From Eledone cirrhosa (Eukaryota): a stretch of 64,000 nt of DNA. Numbering within the stretch: the first letter of the stretch is position 1; each line of letters begins with the position of its first letter. The notes under the pieces were generated by a model. That model was not told the origin of the DNA, made no database searches, and was given only the letters and a program-made list of their open reading frames with translations. This document shows positions 25,301 through 39,800 of the stretch, piece by piece. Position numbers and translations under genes: made by a program. The stretch is from the NCBI GenBank assembly GCA_964016885.1, contig OZ024741.1, positions 405,356,001-405,420,000 on the forward strand. Reading direction: 5' to 3'.

Positions 25301-28300
25301 ATGTAACTCTCTTCTAGTTTCTTCCATCCCACATCTCACCTATGTAACTCTTTTCTCCTAGTTTCTTCCCTCTCACATCTCACATATGTAACTCTCTTCT
25401 TCTAGTTTCATCCCTCTCACATCTCACATATGTTACCCTCATCGTCTAGTTTCTTCCCTCTCACATCTAACCTATGTAACTCTCTTCTCCTAGTTTCTCC
25501 CCTCTCACATCTCACATATGTAACTCTCTTCTTCTAGTTTCTTCCCTCTCACATCTCACGTATGTAACTCTCTTCTTCTAGTTTCTTCCCTCTCACATCT
25601 CACATATGTAACTCTCTTCTCCTAGTTTGTTCCCTCTGACATCTCACATATGTAACTCTCTTCTCCTAGTTTATTCCCTCTCACATCTCACCTATGTAAC
25701 TCTCTTCTCCTAGTTTCTTCCCTCTCACATCTCACATATGTAACTCTCTTCTTCTAGTTTCTTCCCTCTCACATCTCACCTATGTAACTCTCTTCTAATT
25801 TCTTCCCTCTCACATCTCACCTATGTAACTCTCTTCTCCTAGTTTCTCCCACATCTCACCTATGTAACTCTCTTCTAGTTTTTTCCCTCTCACATCCCAC
25901 ATATGTAACTCTCTTCTTCTAGTTTCTTCCCTCTCACATCTCACCTATGTAACTCCCTTCTCCTAGTTTCTTCCCTCTCACATCTCACATATGTAACTCT
26001 CCTCTCCTAGTTTCTTCCCTCTCACATCTCACCCATGTAACTCTCTTCTCCTACTTTCTTCCCTCTCACATCTAACATATGTAACTCTCTTCTTCTAGTT
26101 TCTTCCCTCTCACATCTCACATATGTAACTCTCTTCTTCTAGTTTCTTCCTTCTCACATCTCACCTATGTAACTCTCTTCTCCTAATATCTTCGCTCTCA
26201 CATCTCACCTATATAACTCTCTTCTCCTAGTTTCTTCCCTCTTACATCTCACATATGTAAATCTCTTCTTCTAGTTTCTTCCCTCTCAAATCTCACCTAT
26301 GTAACTCTCTTCTCCTAGTTTCTTCCCTCTCACATCTAACATATGTAACTCTCTTCTTCTAGTTTCTGCCCTCCCACATCTCACATACGTAACTCTCTTC
26401 TTCTAGTTTGTTCCCTCTCATATCGCGCCTATGTAACTCTCTTCTCCTAGTTTCTTCCCTCTTTTATCACGCCTATGTAACTCTCTTCTCCTACTTTCTT
26501 CCCTCTGACATCTCACCTATGTAACTCTCTTCTCCTAGTTTCTTCCCTCTCACATCTCACCTATGTAACTCTCTTCTTCTAGTTTCTTCCCTCTCTCATC
26601 TCACCTATGTCACTCTCTTCTCCTAGTTTCTTCCCTCTCACATCTCACCTATGTAATACTCATCTCCTAGTTTTTTCCCTCCCACATCTCACCTATGTAA
26701 CTCTCTTCTTCTAGTTTCTTCCCTCTCGCATCTCACCTATGTAACTCTCTTCTCCTAGTTTCTTCCCTTCCACATGTCACATATGTAACTCTACGCTCCT
26801 AGTTCCTTACCTCTCACATCTCACCTATGTAACTCTCTTCTCCTAGTTCCTCCCCCTCACATCTCACCTATGTAACTCTCTTCTCCTAGTTTTTCCCCTC
26901 ACACATCTCACATATGTAAATCTATTCTCATAGTTTCTTCCCTCTCACATCTCACCTATGTAACTCTCTTCTCCTAGTTTCTTCCATCCCACATCTCACC
27001 TATGTAACTCTCTTCTCCTAGTTTCTTCCCTCTCACATCTCACATATGTAACTCTATTCTTCTAGTTTCTTCCCTCTCACATCTCACATATGTAACTCTC
27101 ATCGTCTAGTTTCTTCCCTCTCAAATCTCACCTATGTAACTCTCTTCTCCTAGTTTCTTCCCTCTCACATCTCACATATGTAACTCTTTTCTTTTAGTTT
27201 CTTCCCTCTCACATCTCACATATGTCACTCTCTTCTCCTAGTTTCTTCCCTCTCACATGTCACGTATGTAACTACCTTCTTCTAGTTTCTTCCCTCTCAC
27301 ATCTCACATATGTAATTCTCTTCTCCTAGTTTCTTCCCTCTCACACCTCACACATGTAACTCTCTTCTTCTAGTTTCTTCCCTCTCACATCTCACCTGTG
27401 TAACTCTCTTCTCCTAGTTTCTTCTCTCCCACATCTCACATATGTAACTCTCCTCTCCTAGTTTCTTTCCTCTCACATCTCACCCATGTAACTCTCTTCT
27501 CCTAGTTTCTTTCCTTCTCACATCTCACATAATTAACTCTCTTCTTCTAGTTTCTTCCCTCTCACATCTCACCTATGTAACTCTCTTCTAGTTTCTTCCA
27601 TCCCACATCTCACCTATGTAACTCTTTTCTCCTAGTTTCTTCCCTCTCACATCTCACATATGTAACTCTCTTCTTCTAGTTTCATCCCTCTCACATCTCA
27701 CATATGTTACCCTCATCGTCTAGTTTCTTCCCTCTCACATCTAACCTATGTAACTCTCTTCTCCTAGTTTCTCCCCTCTCACATCTCACATATGTAACTC
27801 TCTTCTTCTAGTTTCTTCCCTCTCACATCTCACGTATGTAACTCTCTTCTTCTAGTTTCTTCCCTCTCACATCTCACATATGTAACTCTCTTCTCCTAGT
27901 TTGTTCCCTCTGACATCTCACATATGTAACTCTCTTCTCCTAGTTTATTCCCTCTCACATCTCACCTATGTAACTCTCTTCTCCTAGTTTCTTCCCTCTC
28001 ACATCTCACATATGTAACTCTCTTCTTCTAGTTTCTTCCCTCTCACATCTCACCTATGTAACTCTCTTCTAATTTCTTCCCTCTCACATCTCACCTATGT
28101 AACTCTCTTCTCCTAGTTTCTCCCACATCTCACCTATGTAACTCTCTTCTAGTTTTTTCCCTCTCACATCCCACATATGTAACTCTCTTCTTCTAGTTTC
28201 TTCCCTCTCACATCTCACCTATGTAACTCCCTTCTCCTAGTTTCTTCCCTCTCACATCTCACATATGTAACTCTCCTCTCCTAGTTTCTTCCCTCTCACA

Positions 28301-30817
28301 TCTCACCCATGTAACTCTCTTCTCCTACTTTCTTCCCTCTCACATCTCACATATGTAACTCTCTTCTTCTAGTTTCTTCCCTCTCACATCTCACATATGT
28401 AACTCTCTTCTTCTAGTTTCTTCCTTCTCACATGTCACCTATGTAACTCTCTTCTCCTAATATCTTCGCTCTCACATCTCACCTATATAACTCTCTTCTC
28501 CTAGTTTCTTCCCTCTTACATCTCACATATGTAAATCTCTTCTTCTAGTTTCTTCCCTCTCAAATCTCACCTATGTAACTCTCTTCTCCTAGTTTCTTCC
28601 CTCTCACATCTAACATATGTAACTCTCTTCTTCTAGTTTCTGCCCTCCCACATCTCACATACGTAACTCTCTTCTTCTAGTTTGTTCCCTCTCATATCGC
28701 GCCTATGTAACTCTCTTCTCCTAGTTTCTTCCCTCTTTTATCACGCCTATGTAACTCTCTTCTCCTACTTTCTTCCCTCTGACATCTCACCTATGTAACT
28801 CTCTTCTCCTAGTTTCTTCCCTCTCACATCTCACCTATGTAACTCTCTTCTTCTAGTTTCTTCCCTCTCTCATCTCACCTATGTCACTCTCTTCTCCTAG
28901 TTTCTTCCCTCTCACATCTCACCTATGTAATACTCATCTCCTAGTTTTTTCCCTCCCACATCTCACCTATGTAACTCTCTTCACTTACTTTCTTCCCTCT
29001 CACATCTCACCTATGTAACTCTCTTCTCCTAGTTTTTTCCCTCCCACATCTCACCTATGTAACTCTCTTCTTCTAGTTTCTTCCCTCTCGCATCTCACCT
29101 ATGTAACTCTCTTCTCCTAGTTTCTTCCCTTCCACATGTCACATATGTAACTCTACGCTCCTAGTTCCTTACCTCTCACATCTCACCTATGTAACTCTCT
29201 TCTCCTAGTTCCTCCCCCTCACATCTCACCTATGTAACTCTCTTCTCCTAGTTTTTCCCCTCACACATCTCACATATGTAAATCTATTCTCATAGTTTCT
29301 TCCCTCTCACATCTCACCTATGTAACTCTCTTCTCCTAGTTTCTTCCATCCCACATCTCACCTATGTAACTCTCTTCTCCTAGTTTCTTCCCTCTCACAT
29401 CTCACATATGTAACTCTCTTCTTCTAGTTTCTTCCCTCTCACATCTCACATATGTAACTCTCATCGTCTAGTTTCTTCCCTCTCAAATCTCACCTATGTA
29501 ACTCTCTTCTCCTAGTTTCTTCCCTCTCACATCTCACATATGTAACTCTTTTCTTTTAGTTTCTTCCCTCTCACATCTCACCTATGTTACTCACTTCTCC
29601 TAGTTTCTTCCCTCTCACATGTCACGTATGTAACTACGTTCTTCTAGTTTCTTCCCTCTCACATCTCACATATGTAATTCTCTTCTTATAGTTTCTTCCC
29701 TCTCACACCTCACACATGTAACTCTCTTCTTCTAGTTTCTTCCCTTTCACATCTCACCTGTGTAACTCTCTTCTCCTAGTTTCTTCCCTCCCACATCTCA
29801 CATATGTAACTCTCCTCTCCTAGTTTCTTCCCTCTCACATCTCACCTATGTAACTCTCTTCTCCTAGTTTCTTTCCTTCTCACATCTCACATAATTAACT
29901 CTCTTCTTCTAGTTTCTTCCCTCTCACATCTCACATATGTAACTCTCTTCTCCTAGTTTCTTCCCTCTCACATCTCACATATGTAACTCTCTTCTTCTAG
30001 GTTCTTCCCTCTCACATCTCACATATGTAACTCTCTTCTCCTAGTTTATTCCCTCTCACATCTCACCTGTGTAACTCTCTCCCCCTAGTTTCTTCCCTCT
30101 CACATCTCACCTATGTAACTCTCTTTTCCTTGTTTCTTCCCTCTCACATCTCACCTATGTAACTCTCTTCTTCTAGTTTCATCCCTCTCACATCTCACAT
30201 ATGTTACCCTCATCGTCTAGTTTCTTCCCTCTCACATCTAACCTATGTAACTCTCTTCTCCTAGTTTCTCCCCTCTCACATCTCAGATATGTAACTCTCT
30301 TCTTCTAGTTTCTTCCCTCTCACATCTCACGTATGTAACTCTCTTCTTCTAGTTTCTTCCCTCTCACATCTCACATATGTAACTCTCTTCTCCTAGTTTG
30401 TTCCCTCTGACATCTCACATATGTAACTCTCTTCTCCTAGTTTATTCCCTTTCACATCTCACCTATGTAACTCTCTTCTCCTAGTTTCTTCCCTCTCACA
30501 TCTCACCTATGTAACTCTCTTCTTCTAGTTTCTTCCCTCTCACATCTCACATATGTAACTCTCATCGTCTAGTTTCTTCCCTCTCACATCTCACCTATGT
30601 AACTCTCATGTCCTAGTTTCTTCCCTCTCACATCTCACATATGTAACTCTCTTCTTGTAGTTTCTTCCCTCTCACATCTCACGTATGTAACTCTCTTCTT
30701 CTAGTTTCTTCCCTCTCACATCTCACATATGTAACTCTCTTCTCCTAGTTTGTTCCCTCTCATATCTCACATATGTAACGCTCTCCTCCTAGTTTCTTCC
30801 CTCTTACATCTCACCTA
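13342..30817. repeat. 8738-bp tandem super-repeat, two copies (13342-22079 and 22080-30817)
   Basis: Marker pairs 14340/23078, 16693/25431, 18967/27705 and 21464/30202 are all at offset 8738, as are TTTGATCCC (~15316/~24054) and CTCAGATATG (~21544/~30282). The copies differ internally within the 2274-bp unit. Confidence 0.83.
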
Positions 30818-33800
30818 TGTAACTCTCTTCTCCTAGTTTTTTCCCTCTCACATCTCACCTATGTAACTCTCTTCTTCTGGTTTCTCCCCTCTCGCATCTC
30901 ACCTATGTAACTCTCTTCTCCTCGTTTCTTTCCTCCCACATGTCACATATGTAACTCTACTCTCCTAGTTTCTTCCCTCTCACATCTCACCTATGTAACT
31001 CTCTTCTCCTAGTTTCTTCCCCCTCACATCTCACATATGTAACTCTCTTCTCCTACTTTTCCCCCTCTCACATCTCACATATATAAATCTCTTCTCCTAG
31101 TTTCTTCCCTCTCACATCTCACCTATGTAACTCTCTTCTAGTTTCTTCCATCCCACATCTCACCTATGTAACTCTTTTCTCCTAGTTTCTTCCCTCTCAC
31201 ATCTCACATATGTAACTCTCTTCTTCTAGTTTCTTTCCTCTCACATCTCACATATGTAACTCTCATCGTCTAGTTTCTTCCCTCTCAAATCTCACCTATG
31301 TAACTCTCTTCTCCTAGTTTCTTCCCTCTCACATCTAACATATGTAACTCTCTTCTTCTAGTTTCTGCCCTCCCACATCTCACATACGTAACTCTCTTCT
31401 TCTAGTTTGTTCCCTCTCATATCGCGCCTATGTAACTCTCTTCTCCTAGTTTCTTCCCTCTTTTATCACGCCTATGTAACTCTCTTCTCCTACTTTCTTC
31501 CCTCTGACATCTCACCTATGTAACTCTCTTCTCCTAGTTTCTTCCCTCTCACATCTCACCTATGTAACTCTCTTCTTCTAGTTTCTTCCCTATCTCATCT
31601 CACCTATGTCACTCTCTTCTCCTAGTTTCTTCCCTCTCACATCTCACCTATGTAATACTCATCTCCTAGTTTTTTCCCTCCCACATCTCACCTATGTAAC
31701 TCTCTTCACTTACTTTCTTCCCTCTCACATCTCACCTATGTAACTCTCTTCTCCTAGTTTTTTCCCTCTCACATCTCACCTATGTAACTCTCTTCTTCTA
31801 GTTTCTTCCCTCTCGCATCTCACCTATGTAACTCTCTTCTCCTAGTTTCTTCCCTTCCACATGTCACATATGTAACTCTACGCTCCTAGTTCCTTACCTC
31901 TCACATCTCACCTATGTAACTCTCTTCTCCTAGTTCCTCCCCCTCACATCTCACCTATGTAACTCTCTTCTCCTAGTTTTTCCCCTCACACATCTCACAT
32001 ATGTAAATCTATTCTCATAGTTTCTTCCCTCTCACATCTCACCTATGTAACTCTCTTCTCCTAGTTTCTTCCATCCCACATCTCACCTATGTAACTCTCT
32101 TCTCCTAGTTTCTTCCCTCTCACATCTCACATATGTAACTCTCTTCTTCTTGTTTCTTCCCTCTCACATCTCACATATGTAACTCTCATCGTCTAGTTTC
32201 TTCCCTCTCAAATCTCACCTATGTAACTCTCTTCTCCTAGTTTCTTCCCTCTCACATCTCACATATGTAACTCTCTTCTTTTAGTTTCTTCCCTCTCACA
32301 TCTCACCTATGTTACTCTCTTCTCCTAGTTTCTTCCCTCTCACATGTCACGTATGTAACTACGTTCTTCTAGTTTCTTCCCTCTCACATCTCACATGTGT
32401 AATTCTCTTCTTATAGTTTCTTCCCTCTCACACCTCACACATGTAACTCTCTTCTTCTAGTTTCTTCCCTTTCACATCTCACCTGTGTAACTCTCTTCTC
32501 CTAGTTTCTTCCCTCCCACATCTCACATATGTAACTCTCCTCTCCTAGTTTCTTCCCTCTCACATCTCACCTATGTAACTCTCTTCTCCTAGTTTCTTTC
32601 CTTCTCACATCTCACATAATTAACTCTCTTCTTCTAGTTTCTTCCCTCTCACATCTCACATATGTAACTCTCTTCTCCTAGTTTCTTCCCTCTCACATCT
32701 CACATATGTAACTCTCTTCTTCTAGGTTCTTCCCTCTCACATCTCACATATGTAACTCTCTTCTCCTAGTTTATTCCCTCTCACATCTCACCTGTGTAAC
32801 TCTCTCCCCCTAGTTTCTTCCCTCTCACATCTCACCTATGTAACTCTCTTTTCCTTGTTTCTTCCCTCTCACATCTCACCTATGTAACTCTCTTCTTCTA
32901 GTTTCATCCCTCTCACATCTCACATATGTTACCCTCATCGTCTAGTTTCTTCCCTCTCACATCTAACCTATGTAACTCTCTTCTCCTAGTTTCTCCCCTC
33001 TCACATCTCACATATGTAACTCTCTTCTTCTAGTTTCTTCCCTCTCACATCTCACGTATGTAACTCTCTTCTTCTAGTTTCTTCCCTCTCACATCTCACA
33101 TATGTAACTCTCTTCTCCTAGTTTGTTCCCTCTGACATCTCACATATGTAACTCTCTTCTCCCAGTTTATTCCCTCTCACATCTCACCTATGTAACTCTC
33201 TTCTCCTAGTTTCTTCCCTCTCACATCTCACCTATGTAACTCTCTTCTTCTAGTTTCTTCCCTCTCACATCTCACATATGTAACTCTCATCGTCTAGTTT
33301 CTTCCGTCTCACATCTCACCTATGTAACTCTCATGTCCTAGTTTCTTCCCTCTCACATCTCACATATGTAACTCTCTTCTTGTAGTTTCTTCCCTCTCAC
33401 ATCTCACGTATGTAACTCTCTTCTTCTAGTTTCTTCCCTCTCACATCTCACATATGTAACTCTCTTCTCCTAGTTTGTTCCCTCTCATATCTCACATATG
33501 TAACGCTCTCCTCCTAGTTTCTTCCCTCTCACATGTCACGTATGTAACTACGTTCTTCTAGATTCTTCCCTCTCACATCTCACATATGTAATTCTCTTCT
33601 TATAGTTTCTTCCCTCTCACACCTCACACATGTAACTCTCTTCTTCTAGTTTCTTCCCTTTCACATCTCACCTGTGTAACTCGCTTCTCCTAGTTTCTTC
33701 CCTCCCACATCTCACATATGTAACTCTCCTCTCCTAGTTTCTTCCCTCTCACATCTCACCTATGTAATTCTCTTCTCCTAGTTTCTTTCCTTCTCACATC

Positions 33801-36800
33801 TCACATAATTAACTCTCTTCTTCTAGTTTCTTCCCTCTCACATCTCACATATGTAACTCTCTTCTCCTAGTTTCTTCCCTCTCACATCTCACATATGTAA
33901 CTCTCTTCTTCTAGGTTCTTCCCTCTCACATCTCACATATGTATCTCTCTTCTCCTAGTTTATTCCCTCTCACATCTCACATGTGTAACTCTCTCCCCCT
34001 AGTTTCTTCCCTCTCACATCTCACCTATGTAACTCTCTTTTCCTTGTTTCTTCCCTCTCACATCTCACCTATGTAACTCTCTTCTTCTAGTTTCATCCCT
34101 CTCACATCTCACATATGTTACCCTCATCGTCTAGTTTCTTCCCTCTCACATCTAACCTATGTAACTCTCTTCTCCTAGTTTCTCCCCTCTCACATCTCAC
34201 ATATGTAACTCTCTTCTTCTAGTTTCTTCCCTCTCACATCTCACGTATGTAACTCTCTTCTTCTAGTTTCTTCCCTCTCACATCTCACATATGTAACTCT
34301 CTTCTCCTAGTTTGTTCCCTCTGACATCTCACATATGTAACTCTCTTCTCCTAGTTTATTCCCTCTCACATCTCACCTATGTAACTCTCTTCTCCTAGTT
34401 TCTTCCCTCTCACATCTCACCTATGTAACTCTCTTCTTCTAGTTTCTTCCCTCTCACATCTCACATATGTAACTCTCATCGTCTAGTTTCTTCCCTCTCA
34501 CATCTCACCTATGTAACTCTCATGTCCTAGTTTCTTCCCTCTTACATCTCACCTATGTAACTCTCTTCTCCTAGTTTTTTCCCTCTCACATCTCACCTAT
34601 GTAACTCTCTTCTTCTGGTTTCTCCCCTCTCGCATCTCACCTATGTAACTCTCTTCTCCTCGTTTCTTTCCTCCCACATGTCACATATGTAACTCTACTC
34701 TCCTAGTTTCTTCCCTCTCACATCTCACCTATGTAACTCTCTTCTCCTAGTTTCTTCCCCCTCACATCTCACATATGTAACTCTCTTCTCCTACTTTTCC
34801 CCCTCTCACATCTCACATATATAAATCTCTTCTCCTAGTTTCTTCCCTCTCACATCTCACCTATGTAACTCTCTTCTAGTTTCTTCCCTCTCACATCTCA
34901 CATATGTAACTCTCTTCTTCTAGTTTCTTTCCTCTCACATCTCACATATGTAACTCTCATCGTCTAGTTTCTTCCCTCTCAAATCTCACCTATGTAACTC
35001 TCTTCTCCTAGTTTCTTCCCTCTCACATCTCACATATGTCACTCTCTTCTCCTAGTTTCTTCCCTCTCACATGTCACGTATGTAACTACCTTCTTCTAGT
35101 TTCTTCCCTCTCACATCTCACATATGTAATTCTCTTCTCCTAGTTTCTTCCCTCTCACACCTCACACATGTAACTCTCTTCTTCTAGTTTCTTCCCTCTC
35201 ACATCTCACCTGTGTAACTCTCTTCTTTTAGTTTCTTCCCTCTCACATCTCACCTATGTTACTCTCTTCTCCTAGTTTCTTCCCTCTCACATGTCACGTA
35301 TGTAACTACGTTCTTCTAGTTTCTTCCCTCTCACATCTCACATATGTAATTCTCTTCTTATAGTTTCTTCCCTCTCACACCTCACACATGTAACTCTCTT
35401 CTTCTAGTTTCTTCCCTTTCACATCTCACCTGTGTAACTCTCTTCTCCTAGTTTCTTCCCTCCCACATCTCACATATGTAACTCTCCTCTCCTAGTTTCT
35501 TCCCTCTCACATCTCACCTATGTAACTCTCTTCTCCTAGTTTCTTTCCTTCTCACATCTCACATAATTAACTCTCTTCTTCTAGTTTCTTCCCTCTCACA
35601 TCTCACATATGTAACTCTCTTCTCCTAGTTTCTTCCCTCTCACATCTCACATATGTAACTCTCTTCTTCTAGGTTCTTCCCTCTCACATCTCACATATGT
35701 AACTCTCTTCTCCTAGTTTATTCCCTCTCACATCTCACCTGTGTAACTCTCTCCCCCTAGTTTCTTCCCTCTCACATCTCACCTATGTAACTCTCTTTTC
35801 CTTGTTTCTTCCCTCTCACATCTCACCTATGTAACTCTCTTCTTCTAGTTTCATCCCTCTCACATCTCACATATGTTACCCTCATCGTCTAGTTTCTTCC
35901 CTCTCACATCTAACCTATGTAACTCTCTTCTCCTAGTTTCTCCCCTCTCACATCTCACATATGTAACTCTCTTCTTCTAGTTTCTTCCCTCTCACATCTC
36001 ACGTATGTAACTCTCTTCTTCTAGTTTCTTCCCTCTCACATCTCACATATGTAACTCTCTTCTCCTAGTTTGTTCCCTCTGACATCTCACATATGTAACT
36101 CTCTTCTCCTAGTTTATTCCCTCTCACATATCACCTATGTAACTCTCTTCTCCTAGTTTCTTCCCTCTCACATCTCACCTATGTAACTCTCTTCTTCTAG
36201 TTTCTTCCCTCTCACATCTCACATATGTAACTCTCATCGTCTAGTTTCTTCCCTCTCACATCTCACCTATGTAACTCTCATGTCCTAGTTTCTTCCCTCT
36301 CACATCTCACATATGTAACTCTCTTCTTGTAGTTTCTTCCCTCTCACATCTCACGTATGTAACTCTCTTCTTCTAGTTTCTTCCCTCTCACATCTCACAT
36401 ATGTAACTCTCTTCTCCTAGTTTGTTCCCTCTCATATCTCACATATGTAACGCTCTCCTCCTAGTTTCTTCCCTCTTACATCTCACCTATGTAACTCTCT
36501 TCTCCTAGTTTTTTCCCTCTCACATCTCACCTATGTAACTCTCTTCTTCTGGTTTCTCCCCTCTCGCATCTCACCTATGTAACTCTCTTCTCCTCGTTTC
36601 TTTCCTCCCACATGTCACATATGTAACTCTACTCTCCTAGTTTCTTCCCTCTCACATCTCACCTATGTAACTCTCTTCTCCTAGTTTCTTCCCCCTCACA
36701 TCTCACATATGTAACTCTCTTCTACTTTTCCCCCTCTCACATCTCACATATATAAATCTCTTCTCCTAGTTTCTTCCCTCTCACATCTCACCTATGTAAC

Positions 36801-39800
36801 TCTCTTCTCCTAGTTTCTTCCCTCTCACATCTCACATATGTCACTCTCTTCTCCTAGTTTCTTCCCTCTCACATGTCACGTATGTAACTACCTTCTTCTA
36901 GTTTCTTCCCACTCACATCTCACATATGTAATTCTCTTCTCCTAGTTTCTTCCCTCTCACACCTCACACATGTAACTCTCTTCTTCTAGTTTCTTCCCTC
37001 TCACATCTCACCTGTGTAACTCTCTTCTCCTAGTTTCTTCTCTCCCACATCTCACATATGTAACTCTCCTCTCCTAGTTTCTTTCCTCTCACATCTCACC
37101 CATGTAACTCTCTTCTCCTAGTTTCTTTCCTTCTCACATTTCACATAATTAACTCTCTTCTTCTAGTTTCTTCCCTCTCACATCTCACCTATGTAACTCT
37201 CTTCTAGTTTCTTCCATCCCACATCTCACCTATGTAACTCTTTTCTCCTAGTTTCTTCCCTCTCACATCTCACATATGTAACTCTCTTCTTCTAGTTTCT
37301 TCCCTCTCACATCTCACCTATGTAACTCTCTTCTGCTAATATCTTCGCTCTCACATCTCACCTATGTAACTCTCTTCTCCTAGTTTCTTCCCTCTCACAT
37401 CTCACATATGTAAATCTCTTCTTCTAGTTTCTTCCCTCTCACATCTCACCTATGTAACTCTCCTCTTCTAGTTTCTTCCCTCTCAAATCTCACCTATGTA
37501 ACTCTCTTCTCCTATGTTCTTCCCTCTCACATCTCACATATGTAACTCTCTTCTTCTAGTTTCTGCCTTCCCACATCTCACATACGTAACTCTCTTCTTC
37601 TAGTTTGTTCCCTCTCATATCGCGCCTATGTAACTCTCTTCTCCTAGTTTCTTCCCTCTTTTATCACGCCTATGTAACTCTCTTCTCCTACTTTCTTCCC
37701 TCTGACATCTCACCTATGTAACTCTCTTCTCCTAGTTTCTTCCCTCTCACATCTCACCTATGTAACTCTCTTCTTCTAGTTTCTTCCCTCTCTCATCTCA
37801 CCTATGTCACTCTCTTCTCCTAGTTTCTTCCCTCTCACATCTCACCTATGTAATACTCATCTCCTAGTTTTTTCCCTCCCACATCTCACCTATGTAACTC
37901 TCTTCACTTACTTTCTTCCCTCTCACATCTCACCTATGTAACTCTCTTCTCCTAGTTTTTTCCCTCTCACATCTCACCTATGTAACTCTCTTCTTCTAGT
38001 TTCTTCCCTCTCGCATCTCACCTATGTAACTCTCTTCTCCTAGTTTCTTCCCTTCCACATGTCACATATGTAACTCTATGCTCCTAGTTCCTTACCTCTC
38101 ACATCTCACCTATGTAACTCTCTTCTCCTAGTTCCTCCCCCTCACATCTCACCTATGTAACTCTCTTCTCCTAGTTTTTCCCCTCACACATCTCACATAT
38201 GTAAATCTATTCTCATAGTTTCTTCCCTCTCACATCTCACCTATGTAACTCTCTTCTCCTAGTTTCTTCCATCCCACATCTCACCTATGTAACTCTCTTC
38301 TCCTAGTTTCTTCCCTCTCACATCTCACATATATAACTCTCTTCTTCTAGTTTCTTCCCTCTCACATCTCACATATGTAACTCTCATCGTCTAGTTTCTT
38401 CCCTCTCAAATCTCACATATGTAACACTCTTCTCCTAGTTTCTTCCCTCTCACATCTCACATATGTAACTCTCTTCTTTTAGTTTCTTCCCTCTCACATC
38501 TCACCTATGTTACTCTCTTCTCCTAGTTTCTTCCCTCTCACATGTCACGTATGTAACTACGTTCTTCTAGTTTCTTCCCTCTCACATCTCACATATGTAA
38601 TTCTCTTCTTATAGTTTCTTCCCTCTCACACCTCACACATGTAACTCTCTTCTTCTAGTTTCTTCCCTTTCACATCTCACCTGTGTAACTCTCTTCTCCT
38701 AGTTTCTTCCCTCCCACATCTCACATATGTAACTCTCCTCTCCTAGTTTCTTCCCTCTCACATCTCACCTATGTAACTCTCTTCTCCTAGTTTCTTTCCT
38801 TCTCACATCTCACATAATTAACTCTCTTCTTCTAGTTTCTCCCCTCTCACATCTCACATATGTAACTCTCTTCTCCTAGTTTCTTCCCTCTCACATCTCA
38901 CATATGTAACTCTCTTCTTCTAGTTTCTTCCCTCTCACATCTCACATATGTTACCCTCATCGTCTAGTTTCTTCCCTCTCACATCTAACCTATGTAACTC
39001 TCTTCTCCTAGTTTCTCCCTTCTCACATCTCACATATGTAACTCTCTTCTTCTAGTTTCTTCCCTCTCACATCTCACGTATGTAACTCTCTTCTTCTACT
39101 TTCTTCCCTCTCACATCTCACATATGTAACTCTCTTCTCCTAGTTTGTTCCCTCTGACATCTCACATATGTAACTCTCTTCTCCTAGTTTATTCCCTCTC
39201 ACATCTCACCTATGTAACTCTCTCCCCCTAGTTTCTTCCCTCTCACATCTCACATATGTAACTCTCTTCTCCTAGTTTCTTCCCTCTCACATCTCACCTA
39301 TGTAACTCTCTTCTTCTAGTTTCTTCCCTCTCACATCTCACATATGTAACTCTCATCGTCTAGTTTCTTTCCTCTCACATCTCACCTATGTAATTCTCTT
39401 GTCCTAGTTTCTTCCCTCTCACATCTCACATATGTAACTCTCTTCTTGTATTTTCTTCCCTCTCACATCTCACGTATGTAACTCTCTTCTTCTAGTTTCT
39501 TCCCTCTCACATCTCACATATGTAACTCTCTTCTCCTAGTTTGTTCCCTCTCACATCTCACATATGTAACTCTCTCCTCCTAGTTTCTTCCCTCCCACAT
39601 GTCACATATGTAACTCTACTCTCCTAGTTTCTTCCCTCTCACATCTCACCTATGTAACTCTCTTCTCCTAGTTTCTTCCCCCTCACATCTCACATATGTA
39701 ACTCTCTTCTCCTACTTTTCCCCCTCTCACATCTCACATATATAAATCTCTGCTCCTAGTTTCTTCCCTCTCACATCTCACCTATGTAACTCTCTTCTAG

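Larger units (their letters stand above)
1..37232. repeat. HOR domain I: modular higher-order repeats, mainly 2274, 2497, 1614 and 2353 bp (about 52, 57, 37 and 54 monomers)
   Basis: The marker TGTTACCCTCATCGTC occurs at 45, 2319, 4816, 6430, 8927, 11330, 14340, 16693, 18967, 21464, 23078, 25431, 27705, 30202, 32927, 34116 and 35874. Spacings are 2274, 2497, 1614, 2497, 2403, 3010, 2353, 2274, 2497, 1614, 2353, 2274, 2497, 2725, 1189 and 1758. Ordered variant strings (CTAATATCTTCGC, CATATCGCGCC, TTTTATCACG, TAATACTCATC, AAATCTATTCTCATAG) recur with it. Confidence 0.9.
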
